Assembly: GCA_902547295.1 (NCBI GenBank)
Contig: CACCNJ010000004.1
Coordinates: forward strand, 18,575-82,574
Length of the DNA: 64,000 bases
Source: an uncultured SAR86 cluster bacterium
Lineage (GTDB): Bacteria > Pseudomonadota > Gammaproteobacteria > Magnimaribacterales > D2472
Reading direction: 5' to 3'
Positions 29,837 to 40,501 of this stretch are shown here, piece by piece. Positions within the stretch are counted from its first letter, which is position 1. Each line of letters starts with the position of its first letter. Under the pieces are notes generated by a model, which did not search any database, had not been told where the DNA came from, and was given only the letters and a program-made list of their open reading frames with translations. The position numbers and the translations under genes are program-made.

Positions 29837-31183
29837 TTACACTTTTTTTGCTAGGCCAATATATTTAGCTGGAGTTAAAGAAAGAAGTTTTTCTTTGGAT
29901 TTATCTGATATATCTAGTGAATTTACAAAGTTTTTATATGAACTTTTATCTAGCTTTTTGCCTCTTGATAAATTTTTTAATTGCTCATATGCATCATCAA
30001 TACCTTCATAACGCATTATTGTTTGGACAGCCTCAGTTAAAACTTCCCAATTATTATCAAGCTCATTTAAAATAAATTCTTTATTTGGTGCAATTTTCTG
30101 CAATCCATTTTGTAAAGAAGTTATTCCAATTTTTGTATATCCAAATGACATACCAATATTTCTTAAAACAGTGCTATCTGATAGATCTCTTTGAAGTCTA
30201 GACCTAGGAAGCTTATTAATGAAATAATCATTTAAGGAATTAGATATTCCAAAATTACCTTCTGCGTTTTCAAAATCTATCGGATTTACCTTATGAGGCA
30301 TAGTTGATGAACCTACCTCATTCTTGTTAAGTTTAAGTTTGAAAATTTCATTTGAAATATATATCCACATATCCTGCGACATATCAATGCAGATATTATT
30401 TGTCCTCGTCATTGTTTGTAATAATTCAGCTATCCAATCATGAGGTTCTATCTGAGTTGTTACAGGATTTTGAACAACATTGAATGTTTTAATAAATTTA
30501 TTTGTAAATGTAATCCAATTAATTCGACCCTCAGCAATATCAAAAGCATGATAGTTGCCTACAGCTCCACTAAATTTTGCTAGTGGGACCGTTGAATTTA
30601 ATTTTTTAATCTCTCTGTTAATTCTCGTTTGAAATACTTTTATTTCTTTACCTATTGTTGTGGGGGAGGCGGCTTGACCATGAGTTCGAGAGAGAAGCGG
30701 GATATTTGACCATTTTGATGATAGTTTTTTTAAGTTTGTATTAAGATTTTTTAAATCTTTTTCATAAACCTTTAAACCATCATTAATCATAATTGCATAT
30801 GACAAAGAATTAATATCTTCACTTGTTAAACCGAAATGAATTAAATGGATATATTTATTTAAAACTTTATCTTTTTTGAAGAAATTTTTAATATAGTACT
30901 CAACTGCTTTAACATCATGATTTGTTACTTTTTCAATTTTTTTTATTTCTAAAACACTTTTATCATCAAAAGAATCACGAAATTTAATAATCTTATTTTT
31001 TGATTGATTTGATAATTTAGAAAAATAATTAGGATATTTTTGACATAAATATAACAACCAATTAATTTCAATGAGAAATCTTGTCTTTAATAAACTATAT
31101 TCAGAAAAAATACTTCTTATATCTTCAATTTTAGACAGGTATCTATTATCAAGTGGAGAAATATTATTATGATCAAATTTCAT
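29837..31183 (-). CDS. purB: Adenylosuccinate lyase
   Basis: ISPLDNRY, TNHDVKAVEY, HFGLTSEDIN, RTHGQ, GSSTMPHKVNPIDFEN. Confidence 0.97.
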   Translation of the reverse strand: MKFDHNNISPLDNRYLSKIEDIRSIFSEYSLLKTRFLIEINWLLYLCQKYPNYFSKLSNQSKNKIIKFRDSFDDKSVLEIKKIEKVTNHDVKAVEYYIKNFFKKDKVLNKYIHLIHFGLTSEDINSLSYAIMINDGLKVYEKDLKNLNTNLKKLSSKWSNIPLLSRTHGQAASPTTIGKEIKVFQTRINREIKKLNSTVPLAKFSGAVGNYHAFDIAEGRINWITFTNKFIKTFNVVQNPVTTQIEPHDWIAELLQTMTRTNNICIDMSQDMWIYISNEIFKLKLNKNEVGSSTMPHKVNPIDFENAEGNFGISNSLNDYFINKLPRSRLQRDLSDSTVLRNIGMSFGYTKIGITSLQNGLQKIAPNKEFILNELDNNWEVLTEAVQTIMRYEGIDDAYEQLKNLSRGKKLDKSSYKNFVNSLDISDKSKEKLLSLTPAKYIGLAKKV

Positions 31184-31209
31184 AGACTAATCTTAATTTG
31201 CTATGGCTA

Positions 31210-32295
31210 TTATGCGCTTTTAGAAATAATTCCTCCACCCAAACATATATTCTTATCATAAAAAACAGCAGATTGACCTGAAGCAACTCCCCTAATTGGC
31301 TCAGAAAACTCAACATTAAAAATTTTATCCTTTATGGATATTTTACAATCTATCGGTGTATGTTGATGTCTAACTTGAACGCTACAATTTTTTGGAAAAG
31401 AATGATCGATATTATTAATCCAGGAAACATTCTCACATTCCAAACGTTTACTTAAAAGCAACTCATTATTTATACCCTGACACACAAAGATTTCATTTTT
31501 ATCGATATCTTTGTCAAAAACATACCAAGGCAGATCCTCTCTACCTCTAACACCACCAATATTTAAACCTTGTCTTTGTCCTTTAGTGAAGAGGGTAGCA
31601 CCATTATGTGTTCCAACTTCAGTTCCAAATTCATCATAAATTATTCCTTTTTCTAATTTTATGAATCTACCTAAAAAATCTTTTAGATTTCTTTCACCAA
31701 CAAAACATATGCCTACAGAATCTTTTTTTGAGGATACTGGTAAATTTATTTTTTTAGCAATTTCTCTTACTTCTGTTTTAAGAAGATTCTCTAGTGGAAA
31801 GATACATTTTTCAAATTCTTTTTCTTTAACCTCATGGAGAAAATATGTTTGATCCTTTTCCAAGTCTTTTGCTCTTACGAGTAGCTTCATACCATCAACA
31901 TCATTTAGTGATGCATAATGCCCCGTAGCAATGTAATCCGCACCAATATTAAATGCATAATCAAGAAATGACTTAAATTTAATTTCACGATTACATAAAA
32001 TATCAGGATTGGGTGTTCTACCTTTCTTATGTTCATTTAAAAACTCTTCAAATACTCTATCCCAATATTCATCTGAAAAGTTAGCTTTGTGTAGTGGTAT
32101 GTCTAACATATCACAGACCTTTGAAGCATCCTCAAAATCAATTTCTGAGGTACAAACTTCACCAGGCTCGCTTTGCCAGTTTTGCATAAATAATCCGACC
32201 ACTTTATATCCTTTCTCTTTTAATAAATAAGCTGATACAGATGAATCAACGCCACCTGACATTCCAACTACAATTGTTTTTTTACTATTATTCAT
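31210..32295 (-). CDS. mnmA: tRNA 2-thiouridylase MnmA
   Basis: GMSGGVDSSV, TPNPDILCNREIKF, ATGHY, KDQTYFL, KKDSVGICF, GQSAVFY. Confidence 0.97.
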   Translation of the reverse strand: MNNSKKTIVVGMSGGVDSSVSAYLLKEKGYKVVGLFMQNWQSEPGEVCTSEIDFEDASKVCDMLDIPLHKANFSDEYWDRVFEEFLNEHKKGRTPNPDILCNREIKFKSFLDYAFNIGADYIATGHYASLNDVDGMKLLVRAKDLEKDQTYFLHEVKEKEFEKCIFPLENLLKTEVREIAKKINLPVSSKKDSVGICFVGERNLKDFLGRFIKLEKGIIYDEFGTEVGTHNGATLFTKGQRQGLNIGGVRGREDLPWYVFDKDIDKNEIFVCQGINNELLLSKRLECENVSWINNIDHSFPKNCSVQVRHQHTPIDCKISIKDKIFNVEFSEPIRGVASGQSAVFYDKNICLGGGIISKSA

Positions 32296-32385
32296 ATCTC
32301 AAAATGAATTCATAAATTAATATTTTAGGAGTATAATTATCACCGATTTTAACTGCAAATAACGAATTAAGAGAGTTATTATTCT

Positions 32386-33639
32386 ATGCCTTACAAGAAA
32401 ATAAAAGTCCCAAAAAAAGGCTCTAAAATTACCTTCGAGAATGGGAAGATTAACATCCCTGATAATCCTATCATTCCTTACATTGAGGGTGACGGAATTG
32501 GTGTTGATATAACACCGCCAATGATAAATGTTGTAAATGAAGCTGTAAAAATAGCTTATAAAGATAAAAAGAAAATTGAATGGATGGAGGTATATTGTGG
32601 AGAGAAAGCTACTCAAGTTTATTCAAAAGACACATGGCTACCTGATGAGACTATAGATGCATTAAAAGAATTTGTTGTAAGCATCAAAGGTCCTTTAACA
32701 ACTCCAGTAGGTGGTGGAATAAGATCATTAAACGTTTCGTTGAGACAAATATTAGATTTATATGTGTGTTTAAGACCAATTAGATATTTTGATGGTGTTC
32801 CTTCGCCAGTAAAAAGACCTCAAGACGTAGATATGGTTATATTTAGAGAAAATTCAGAAGATATATATTGTGGTGTAGAGTTTGAGGGAAATTCAAAAGA
32901 AGCAAAGAGTTTGGTTAAAACACTTAAAACAAGATTTGATGTTTCAAAAATTAGATTTGATGAGAATGTGGGCATAGGTGTTAAACCAATATCTAAAAGT
33001 GGAACCTCAAGACTTGTAAAAAAAGCAATAGACTATGCTATTGATAATAATCGTTCATCAGTAACCCTAGTTCATAAAGGTAATATTATGAAATACACCG
33101 AAGGTGCATTTAGAGATTGGGGATATGAATTAGCAAAAAATGAATACGGTGGCATTGAAATTGACGATGGGCCATGGCAGGAGATTGTTAATCCAAATAA
33201 TGGTAAAAAAATCGTAATTAAAGATGTAATTTGTGATGCATTTCTTCAGCAAATATTATTAAGACCTACTGAATATGATGTCATAGCAACAATGAATCTT
33301 AATGGCGACTATATATCTGATGCTTTGGCTGCAATGGTAGGTGGAATTGGTATAGCGCCAGGAGCAAATATATCTGATGAATATGCAGTTTTTGAAGCCA
33401 CTCATGGAACCGCACCGAAATATGCTGGACAAAATAAAGTAAATCCAGGAAGTCTTATTCTTTCTGCAGAGATGATGTTAAGACATATGGGTTGGATAGA
33501 AGCAGCAGATTTAATTATGTCGTCAATGGACAGAGCAATTGGTGCAAAAAAGGTAACCTATGATTTTGCAAGAATGATGAGTGATGCAGATCTTGTTTCT
33601 TCATCAGGATTTGCAGATGAGATGATCAAAAGAATGTAA
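32386..33639 (+). CDS. icd: Isocitrate dehydrogenase (dimeric, E. coli type)
   Basis: [53 protein letters not shown]. Confidence 0.97.
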   Translation: MPYKKIKVPKKGSKITFENGKINIPDNPIIPYIEGDGIGVDITPPMINVVNEAVKIAYKDKKKIEWMEVYCGEKATQVYSKDTWLPDETIDALKEFVVSIKGPLTTPVGGGIRSLNVSLRQILDLYVCLRPIRYFDGVPSPVKRPQDVDMVIFRENSEDIYCGVEFEGNSKEAKSLVKTLKTRFDVSKIRFDENVGIGVKPISKSGTSRLVKKAIDYAIDNNRSSVTLVHKGNIMKYTEGAFRDWGYELAKNEYGGIEIDDGPWQEIVNPNNGKKIVIKDVICDAFLQQILLRPTEYDVIATMNLNGDYISDALAAMVGGIGIAPGANISDEYAVFEATHGTAPKYAGQNKVNPGSLILSAEMMLRHMGWIEAADLIMSSMDRAIGAKKVTYDFARMMSDADLVSSSGFADEMIKRM

Positions 33640-33983
33640 TGTTTAAGTTATCTCAGGATAATGACAATGACTCAACTTCATCAGATCTTGGGGCGGTTGT
33701 TCTTGAAAAAGAACCTGAAGTCAAAGAACCACCATCATACCAAGTAGTCCTAATTAATGATGACTATACTCCTATGGAGTTTGTTGTTTTTGTTCTTCAA
33801 ACTGTATTTGGACATACTCATCAAAAATCTACAGAAATAATGATGACAGTTCATACAAAAGGTAAGGGTGTTTGTGGTATATTCTCTAAAGAGATCGCTG
33901 AAATGATGTCATATGAAGTCAACACTATGGCAAAAGATCATGGACATCCTCTTTTAAGTGAAATAGAACCTTTAACAGATTAA
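33639..33983 (+). CDS. clpS: ClpS N-degron adaptor
   Basis: YQVVLINDDYTPMEFVV, VHTKGKGVCG, HPL. Confidence 0.96.
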   Translation: MFKLSQDNDNDSTSSDLGAVVLEKEPEVKEPPSYQVVLINDDYTPMEFVVFVLQTVFGHTHQKSTEIMMTVHTKGKGVCGIFSKEIAEMMSYEVNTMAKDHGHPLLSEIEPLTD

Positions 33984-33986
33984 TAA

Positions 33987-36224
33987 ATGTTTAGTAAAGA
34001 ATTAGAATTATCTATAGCAGCGTTATTTGATAAAGCTCATGAGGCTAATATTCAATATATTACTGTTGAGCATTTGTTATTAATGATAATGAGCGATTTT
34101 GATGTTAAAGAGTTTTTTAAATCTAAAGGAATTAGTATTGACTCACTTAAAGATGATTTAAATAATCATTTAAATAAAAATGTTGTATCAAAAATTGACC
34201 AACAAAAACCTGTACAACCAACACTAGGTTTTCAAAGAGTTCTTCAAAGAGCTGTATTCCATATCCAATCATCAGGCAAAGGAGTTGTTAAACCAATTAA
34301 TATTCTAGTTGCTATTTTTTCTGAAAAAGAATCACATTCTGTCTTTTTGCTCAACAAATATAAATTGAGCAGACTTGATGTGGTTACTTATTTATCACAT
34401 GGTCCTAAAACTTCATCAGTAGATAATAAGACTGTTGAAAATGATCCATCGGATGAAAAAGAATTATCTTCTGAAAATGAATTTTTAATTAACCTAAATA
34501 ATTTAGTATCAAATAATAAAATAGATAAAATCATTGGTAGAAAAAAAGAAATTGAAAGGTTAGTTCAAATATTATCAAGAAGAAATAAAAATAATCCATT
34601 ACTAGTTGGTGAATCTGGTGTTGGAAAAACAGCTATTGCAGAGGGTTTGGCATATTTAATTTCAAAAAAAGAAGTGCCATCAATAATGGAAAATAATGTT
34701 GTTTATTCATTAGATATAGCAGCTTTAATAGCTGGAACTAAATATAGAGGTGATTTTGAAAAACGTTTAAAACAAGTTTTATCGTTTTTATCTAAACAAG
34801 ATAATCCAATATTATTTATTGATGAAATACACACTATTATCGGAGCGGGATCCGCATCAGGTGGCTCATTAGATGTATCAAATTTGCTCAAGCCTGCACT
34901 AGGAAAGGGTGAAATTAGATGTATTGGCTCAACAACTTTTCAAGAATATAGAGGAATATTTAATCAAAACCAGGCTTTATCTCGAAGATTTCAAAAAATT
35001 GATGTCGTCGAACCCAATTTTGATGAATGTGAAGAAATTCTATATGGAATTAAGGATGTTTATGAGGAATATCATGACGTTAAATATACCGATGAAGCTA
35101 TCAAATCATCTATTGAACTCTCTTCAAAATATATAAATGATAGATTCTTACCAGATAAAGCTATAGATGTAATTGATGAAACAGGTGCATTATTAAATAT
35201 CAATAGAAAAAATGATAAAACAATTAAAGTCTCAAAAAATGATATTGAAATGACCATATCAAAAATTACTAAAATACCAGAACAAACGATCACAACCAGC
35301 GATAAAAAAGATCTTAAGAATTTAGAAGAAAATTTAAAAAGAGTTATTTTTGGTCAAGATAAGGCAGTTGAGACATTATCTAATGCTATAAAGTTATCAA
35401 GGGTAGGTCTCAGAGATGAAAATAAGACTATTGGTTCATTTTTGTTTACAGGCCCAACTGGAGTAGGTAAAACAGAAATATCTAAACAATTATCTGAAAT
35501 ACTTGGTATTGATCTTGTTAGATTTGATATGAGTGAATATATGGAAAGACATACTGTATCTCGATTAATAGGAGCTCCTCCAGGCTATGTCGGCTTTGAT
35601 CAAGGCGGACTTTTAACAGAAGCAATAGTAAAGTCACCTCATTGTGTTCTGTTGTTAGATGAAATTGAAAAAGCTCATCCGGATATTTTCAATATACTTC
35701 TACAAGTAATGGATGCTGGTCAATTAACTGATAACAATGGCCGTAAATCAGATTTTAGAAATGTAATATTAATAATGACGACAAATATTGGTGCTGAACT
35801 TTTAAGTAAGAGAAATATTGGTTTTGCAGAATCATCTAATGAATCAGATGCGATGAATTCTCTTAAAAGATTATTTTCACCTGAGTTTAGAAATAGACTA
35901 GATGAAACAATACAATTTAATTACTTAGATAAGAGTGTCATTCTATCAATTGTTGATAAGTTTCTTACAAAACTTCAAGCACAACTCGATAAAAGAAATG
36001 TTGAAATACAAGTCTCGAAAAAAGTTATTGAATGGATTGCTGAAAATGGATATGACAAAGAAATGGGTGCAAGACCTATGGAGAGGTTTATATCTCAAAA
36101 CATTAAAAAACCTCTTGTAGATAAATTATTATTTGGAAATCTTAAAAGTGGTGGGTTAATTAAATTAGATATTGTAAAGGGTAAGTTAAAATTTACCGAT
36201 GCTAAGACAAAGGTAAAAGCCTAA
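33987..36224 (+). CDS. clpA: ATP-dependent Clp protease ATP-binding subunit ClpA
   Basis: QPTLGFQRVLQRA, two AAA modules (GESGVGKT, GPTGVGKTE), RFDMSEYMERHTVSRLIGAPPGYVG. Follows clpS. Confidence 0.96.
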   Translation: MFSKELELSIAALFDKAHEANIQYITVEHLLLMIMSDFDVKEFFKSKGISIDSLKDDLNNHLNKNVVSKIDQQKPVQPTLGFQRVLQRAVFHIQSSGKGVVKPINILVAIFSEKESHSVFLLNKYKLSRLDVVTYLSHGPKTSSVDNKTVENDPSDEKELSSENEFLINLNNLVSNNKIDKIIGRKKEIERLVQILSRRNKNNPLLVGESGVGKTAIAEGLAYLISKKEVPSIMENNVVYSLDIAALIAGTKYRGDFEKRLKQVLSFLSKQDNPILFIDEIHTIIGAGSASGGSLDVSNLLKPALGKGEIRCIGSTTFQEYRGIFNQNQALSRRFQKIDVVEPNFDECEEILYGIKDVYEEYHDVKYTDEAIKSSIELSSKYINDRFLPDKAIDVIDETGALLNINRKNDKTIKVSKNDIEMTISKITKIPEQTITTSDKKDLKNLEENLKRVIFGQDKAVETLSNAIKLSRVGLRDENKTIGSFLFTGPTGVGKTEISKQLSEILGIDLVRFDMSEYMERHTVSRLIGAPPGYVGFDQGGLLTEAIVKSPHCVLLLDEIEKAHPDIFNILLQVMDAGQLTDNNGRKSDFRNVILIMTTNIGAELLSKRNIGFAESSNESDAMNSLKRLFSPEFRNRLDETIQFNYLDKSVILSIVDKFLTKLQAQLDKRNVEIQVSKKVIEWIAENGYDKEMGARPMERFISQNIKKPLVDKLLFGNLKSGGLIKLDIVKGKLKFTDAKTKVKA

Positions 36225-36225
36225 A

Positions 36226-36444
36226 TTATCTGCCTCTAAAAGTTATTCTTCCAACAGTCAAATCGTAAGGCGTCATTTCAACTTTTACTTTGTCACCAGT
36301 AAGAATTCTAATATAGTGTTTTCTCATTTTCCCAGAGATATGAGCAGTGATAATATGACCATTCTCTAACTTTACTTTGAATTTAGTATTGGGAAGCGTT
36401 TCAATAACTTCTCCTTCAAATTCTAACTGATCTTCTTTTGACAT
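36226..36444 (-). CDS. infA: Translation initiation factor IF-1
   Basis: [36 protein letters not shown]. Confidence 0.98.
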   Translation of the reverse strand: MSKEDQLEFEGEVIETLPNTKFKVKLENGHIITAHISGKMRKHYIRILTGDKVKVEMTPYDLTVGRITFRGR

Positions 36445-36487
36445 GTGTGTATTCTACACTATAAGAATATCTTGTTATTACTTATCT

Positions 36488-36886
36488 TTATCTATTTTTA
36501 AATAGAAAAATAAAAGAAACTGATTGAATAATACCAATAATAATAAATACAAATATATTTGCCGGTATACCAAAAGGATTTGGTTCTTCTATACCTTCAC
36601 CAATTGAAACGCCACCATAAAGTGACATTGTAAATATTGCTGAAAAAAAACCTAACACAATACATGAACTAAGTAGTGCTGGTAATAATAAATAATTACT
36701 TGCCCATAATAGATATAAACCTATTACCGCTATGAATATGTTTGTTGATAATCTCCATACCTCATGAACTCTTGAATGAGCATCCCAATCTGGATTTAGT
36801 AAATGTGTGTGTCCAGTATCAACAATTAATGGGAGCATAGTCCCTAATATTAAACAAATTGTAGTTAAATACTTACTAGTCTTCAT
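36488..36886 (-). CDS. Hypothetical 4-TM membrane protein with His-rich motif (DUF6640-like)
   Basis: Hydrophobic helices and THLLNPDWDAHSRVHEVW. Overlaps the end of the FAH gene. Confidence 0.6.
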   Translation of the reverse strand: MKTSKYLTTICLILGTMLPLIVDTGHTHLLNPDWDAHSRVHEVWRLSTNIFIAVIGLYLLWASNYLLLPALLSSCIVLGFFSAIFTMSLYGGVSIGEGIEEPNPFGIPANIFVFIIIGIIQSVSFIFLFKNR

Positions 36887-37781
36887 CTGAGGGTATTCTA
36901 GATTTTATAAACTCAGGAAGATGATCAGCATTAGAATGTTCCTTCACTTTTACACATTTATTTTCTAGTGTTCCAATTCCTTCAATCGAGGTTTTTAATA
37001 TATCTCCATCCTTTAGGAATTTACCTTGTGTTCCTCCCACACCTGCTGGCGTTCCAGTAAATATGAGATCTCCTACGTTTAACGTAATAAATTCTGAAAT
37101 GTATGAAATTAAATAAGGTATATCAAATATTAGATCATCAGTGTTTGAGTCTTGACGTTTTTCATCGTTTACCCAGCACTCAATTTTTAATGATTCTTTG
37201 TTTTTTAGTTCATCTGTAGAGACAATATATGGTCCTATAGGCCCAAATGTATCAAATGATTTTCCTAAACTGAATTGAGGAGGGGCAGCATGAAACTGCA
37301 CAGCTCGATCTGATATATCTTGTCCCACAGTAAGACCTGCAACATGATCCCATGCGTTATCTTTTGATATATCTTTACCACCTTTACCTATTACAAATAC
37401 CAATTCAGCTTCGTAATCAACTAAATCACTCTTCATCTCTATATTTGAACTTGGTCCACTTAAACAAGTAGAAAGTCTTGTAAATATTAAAGGAAATTGA
37501 GGTATTTCCATATTTGATTCTTCAGCATGCGCTTTATAGTTCAAGCCAACGGCAAAAACATTGTTTGGTACAACAGGGGGGTCTAAAGAAACATCATTTA
37601 AACTCCCATTTGGTTTAAATTCATCAAGTTTAGAATTTAAGATACTTAACTTTTCAGATGATGCTAAAGCCTCAATAGAATTGGATGAAACTTCACCATT
37701 TGATATTGTTTCTATATCAAAATAATCATTATCATTTATTAAAACAGCTTTATTATTAATACTACCTAACTTAAAACCCAT
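36876..37781 (-). CDS. Fumarylacetoacetate hydrolase (FAH) family protein
   Basis: AVGLNY..H, DYEAEL, QDISDR..Q, GKSFDTFGPIGP, GDLIFTGTPAGVG. Start at 37781, after SD GGAGAGG. Confidence 0.92.
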   Translation of the reverse strand: MGFKLGSINNKAVLINDNDYFDIETISNGEVSSNSIEALASSEKLSILNSKLDEFKPNGSLNDVSLDPPVVPNNVFAVGLNYKAHAEESNMEIPQFPLIFTRLSTCLSGPSSNIEMKSDLVDYEAELVFVIGKGGKDISKDNAWDHVAGLTVGQDISDRAVQFHAAPPQFSLGKSFDTFGPIGPYIVSTDELKNKESLKIECWVNDEKRQDSNTDDLIFDIPYLISYISEFITLNVGDLIFTGTPAGVGGTQGKFLKDGDILKTSIEGIGTLENKCVKVKEHSNADHLPEFIKSRIPSDED

Positions 37782-37806
37782 AAACACCTCTCCACAATCA
37801 AATTCT

Positions 37807-37820
37807 TAGTCAGATGACTA
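37807..37820. promoter_or_regulatory. Palindromic operator candidate, copy 1 (TAGTCAGATGACTA)
   Basis: Perfect 6-2-6 palindrome adjoining a minus-strand TATACT -10 element upstream of the FAH gene. Confidence 0.65.
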
Positions 37821-37942
37821 GTATATATATTTTAATTAATATTTAAAGCTCTAAAATTAATACTTTCTGATCAAAATATTTATACCATTAGCTAAAAGCA
37901 TTAGTTTAATCAACATTCTCTTAATATATCAAAATTATATAT

Positions 37943-37989
37943 TTGAAAAAAATATATAATTTAATTAAACTAAACTAACCAAACGGTTA
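37943..37989 (+). promoter_or_regulatory. TonB-receptor promoter with operator candidate, copy 2 (TAACCAAACGGTTA)
   Basis: TTGAAA (37943)-17 bp-TAAACT (37966). A near-palindrome at 37976-37989 covers the expected transcription start. Confidence 0.55.
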
Positions 37990-38012
37990 AAACAAATTTT
38001 TGGGGAGAAAAT

Positions 38013-40397
38013 ATGTACAAATTATTACTTAAATCGACGTTTATTATATCTATTTCATTTATGCCTTTTTATGCTTTCTCACAAGATAGCTCTGGTATTG
38101 AAGAGGTTGTAGTTACTGCAGAGAAGAGAGAACAAAACCTTCAAGATGTTCCGTCATCAATTACTGCTATTTCTGATACTGAAATTGAAAGAGCTACTTA
38201 TCAAAATATGTTTGATTTACAGACATCTGTTCCAAGTCTAGTTGTTGGTTCAGCTGGTGCTTCGAGACCTTTCTTGTTTATAAGAGGTGTAGGTAGTAGA
38301 AAATTTGATCCAGGAACAGAAGGTGCAGTTGGTGTATTTGTAGATGAGATCTATAACACTAGATTCACTAATCAAATGATGGATATTGTTGATTTAGAAA
38401 GAGTTGAAGTCTTAAAAGGTCCACAAGGAACTCTTTATGGAAGAAACACTATTGGCGGTGCAATTTCTCTTTATACTAAAAAACCAACGCAAGAGACTGA
38501 AGGTAAAATTAAACTTGGTTTTGGTGATGAAGGTTATAGTAAATTAGCTGCGACATATTCAGGTGGCCTAACAGATACAATGGTAGGAAGAATAACTTTC
38601 TCATCAAAAACTGATGATGGAAGTAGTACTCATAAAGCAACTGGTAAAAATAATGGGGGAGATAGTGATGCTTTGAGACTTTCTTTAATCAAAGAAATGA
38701 ATAATGGTTCTGAGCTTTCATTTACCTATCAAGATACTTCATATGAATCTTCAGCACATTTAGCAGAGGCATTTTTAGAGTGTGGTCCAACTATTGATCC
38801 TAATGGATCTCCAAACTTTATGTCTGTTGCATATTTCAGAGTAGGTGCAGCCGCGTCTCAACTTGCAGCCGCTGGTATCATGCCAAATGATTGTTACTCA
38901 ACAGGTCATTTATTACCTTTCTTCCCGGCAGGTCCAAGAGCAGGTCAAATTAATGCAGCTGCATTACCAGTAATTGGTGCTGATATTGTTCAAAATATGA
39001 TTCGAGCTGATGTAGCTGATGGCCCAAGAATTATAGATAATGATCATCCTGGTTTTAATAATATTGAGACATCGCTGATGTCTTTAAAATATGTAACTGA
39101 TTTATCTGACACATTGACATTGACTGGTATATTTTCAACAACTGATGTGGAGAATCAATCTAGTTTAGATTTCGATGCAACATCCAGAAATTCTGTAGTG
39201 AATTATGTCGATGAAGAATCAGAACAAACATCTACCGAAATTAGATTAAATTATAACGGCGATAGATTTAACTGGGTTGGTGGTATATATCTTCTAGATG
39301 ATGATATTTACAGAAATGATAACTTTACTTCTAACATAGAGTCCACATTTGGAATTGTTCAAATTATGCAAATGATGGCTGGTATGACACCTGTTGCCTC
39401 TGATAATATGCAAACCTCAAACGCTAATGTTACTTCAGAAGCAATTTATTGGCAGGGCACATATGCAGTTAATGACAAACTTAATGCAACACTTGGCGTA
39501 AGAAAAAGTGATGATGAAAGTGATTATAGTATTGCTGTAGCAACAACATCACCTGGTATTCCTTTTGTTCAGGTACCAGGCGAATGGTCTGAAGTTTTAA
39601 CATTTGGCTCGACAGATCCAAAGTTTGTTTTGGATTACACATTTAACAATAATTCAATGGCATATATTTCATTTGCATCTGGCTATAAAAGTGGAGGATT
39701 CTCATTTGCAACATGGGCTGAATCTGAGTCAAGAGGCGGTTTTACTGAAGAAGAATTAGATTCTACCGAAATTGGCTACAAATTTAAGTCTGCTGATAAT
39801 AGACTTGTTGCAAATTTCGCTTATTACGAGTATGACTACACCGATCAACAACAACAAATTATTGTAGTTACTCGATCTGGTTCATTAGCTGGTAAAACGT
39901 TTAATGCTGGACAGTCAGAAATGACAGGCTGGGAATTAGAAACAAAGTATGCGATAACTGATAATACTCAAGTTGATTTTAATTATTATTCTGCTGATAC
40001 TGAATTTAAATCTTTTGAACTTGCTACAACTGTACCGCCTTTAAGTTTTACTGGTAATCAAATGAATTATTCTCCAGAAAGTGCATACAATATTGCTCTT
40101 ACAACTACTTCAAATGATGGTTCTGGAGTTTTACGACTTGCATATTCATTCAAAGACGAATTTTTCATGGATCCTAGTAATAGATATATCAGTCTTCAAG
40201 ATAGATATGGCATATATAACATGAGCTATACCAAGTACTTAACTGATAATTGGACAGTAAAAGCGTTCTGTACAAACTGTACTGATGTTATTTATAAAAC
40301 ACAAGTTACTACATTTGCAGTGCCATATGGTGGTGGTGGTAGAAATTATTATGCAAATGGAAGACGGGTAGGGATAGAGATTACTCGTAATTTTTAA
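38013..40397 (+). CDS. TonB-dependent outer-membrane receptor
   Basis: Signal peptide, IEEVVVTAEKREQNLQDVP, plug motif ERVEVLKGPQGTLYGRN, GYKSGG, terminal Phe. Confidence 0.95.
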   Translation: MYKLLLKSTFIISISFMPFYAFSQDSSGIEEVVVTAEKREQNLQDVPSSITAISDTEIERATYQNMFDLQTSVPSLVVGSAGASRPFLFIRGVGSRKFDPGTEGAVGVFVDEIYNTRFTNQMMDIVDLERVEVLKGPQGTLYGRNTIGGAISLYTKKPTQETEGKIKLGFGDEGYSKLAATYSGGLTDTMVGRITFSSKTDDGSSTHKATGKNNGGDSDALRLSLIKEMNNGSELSFTYQDTSYESSAHLAEAFLECGPTIDPNGSPNFMSVAYFRVGAAASQLAAAGIMPNDCYSTGHLLPFFPAGPRAGQINAAALPVIGADIVQNMIRADVADGPRIIDNDHPGFNNIETSLMSLKYVTDLSDTLTLTGIFSTTDVENQSSLDFDATSRNSVVNYVDEESEQTSTEIRLNYNGDRFNWVGGIYLLDDDIYRNDNFTSNIESTFGIVQIMQMMAGMTPVASDNMQTSNANVTSEAIYWQGTYAVNDKLNATLGVRKSDDESDYSIAVATTSPGIPFVQVPGEWSEVLTFGSTDPKFVLDYTFNNNSMAYISFASGYKSGGFSFATWAESESRGGFTEEELDSTEIGYKFKSADNRLVANFAYYEYDYTDQQQQIIVVTRSGSLAGKTFNAGQSEMTGWELETKYAITDNTQVDFNYYSADTEFKSFELATTVPPLSFTGNQMNYSPESAYNIALTTTSNDGSGVLRLAYSFKDEFFMDPSNRYISLQDRYGIYNMSYTKYLTDNWTVKAFCTNCTDVIYKTQVTTFAVPYGGGGRNYYANGRRVGIEITRNF

Positions 40398-40400
40398 TTT

Positions 40401-40430
40401 TATAGCCCTCTCTTAGGAGAGGGTTTATAT
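40401..40430 (+). terminator. Rho-independent terminator-like hairpin after the TonB receptor
   Basis: gccctctc-ttag-gagagggt followed by ttatat. Confidence 0.6.
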
Positions 40431-40501
40431 CTTACATAAAGATATAATTTTTATAATTTATTATATAAATATTAAGACTTATATTAATGATTGGTAATTA
40501 A

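Noticed and set aside
32317-32616. 99-aa minus-strand ORF, and similar 60-120 aa ORFs nested in fabG, mfd, nqr, aceA, mnmA, clpA, the cyclase and the carboxyltransferase
   Set aside because: They overlap well-supported genes in antisense or alternate frames and show no motifs or RBS.
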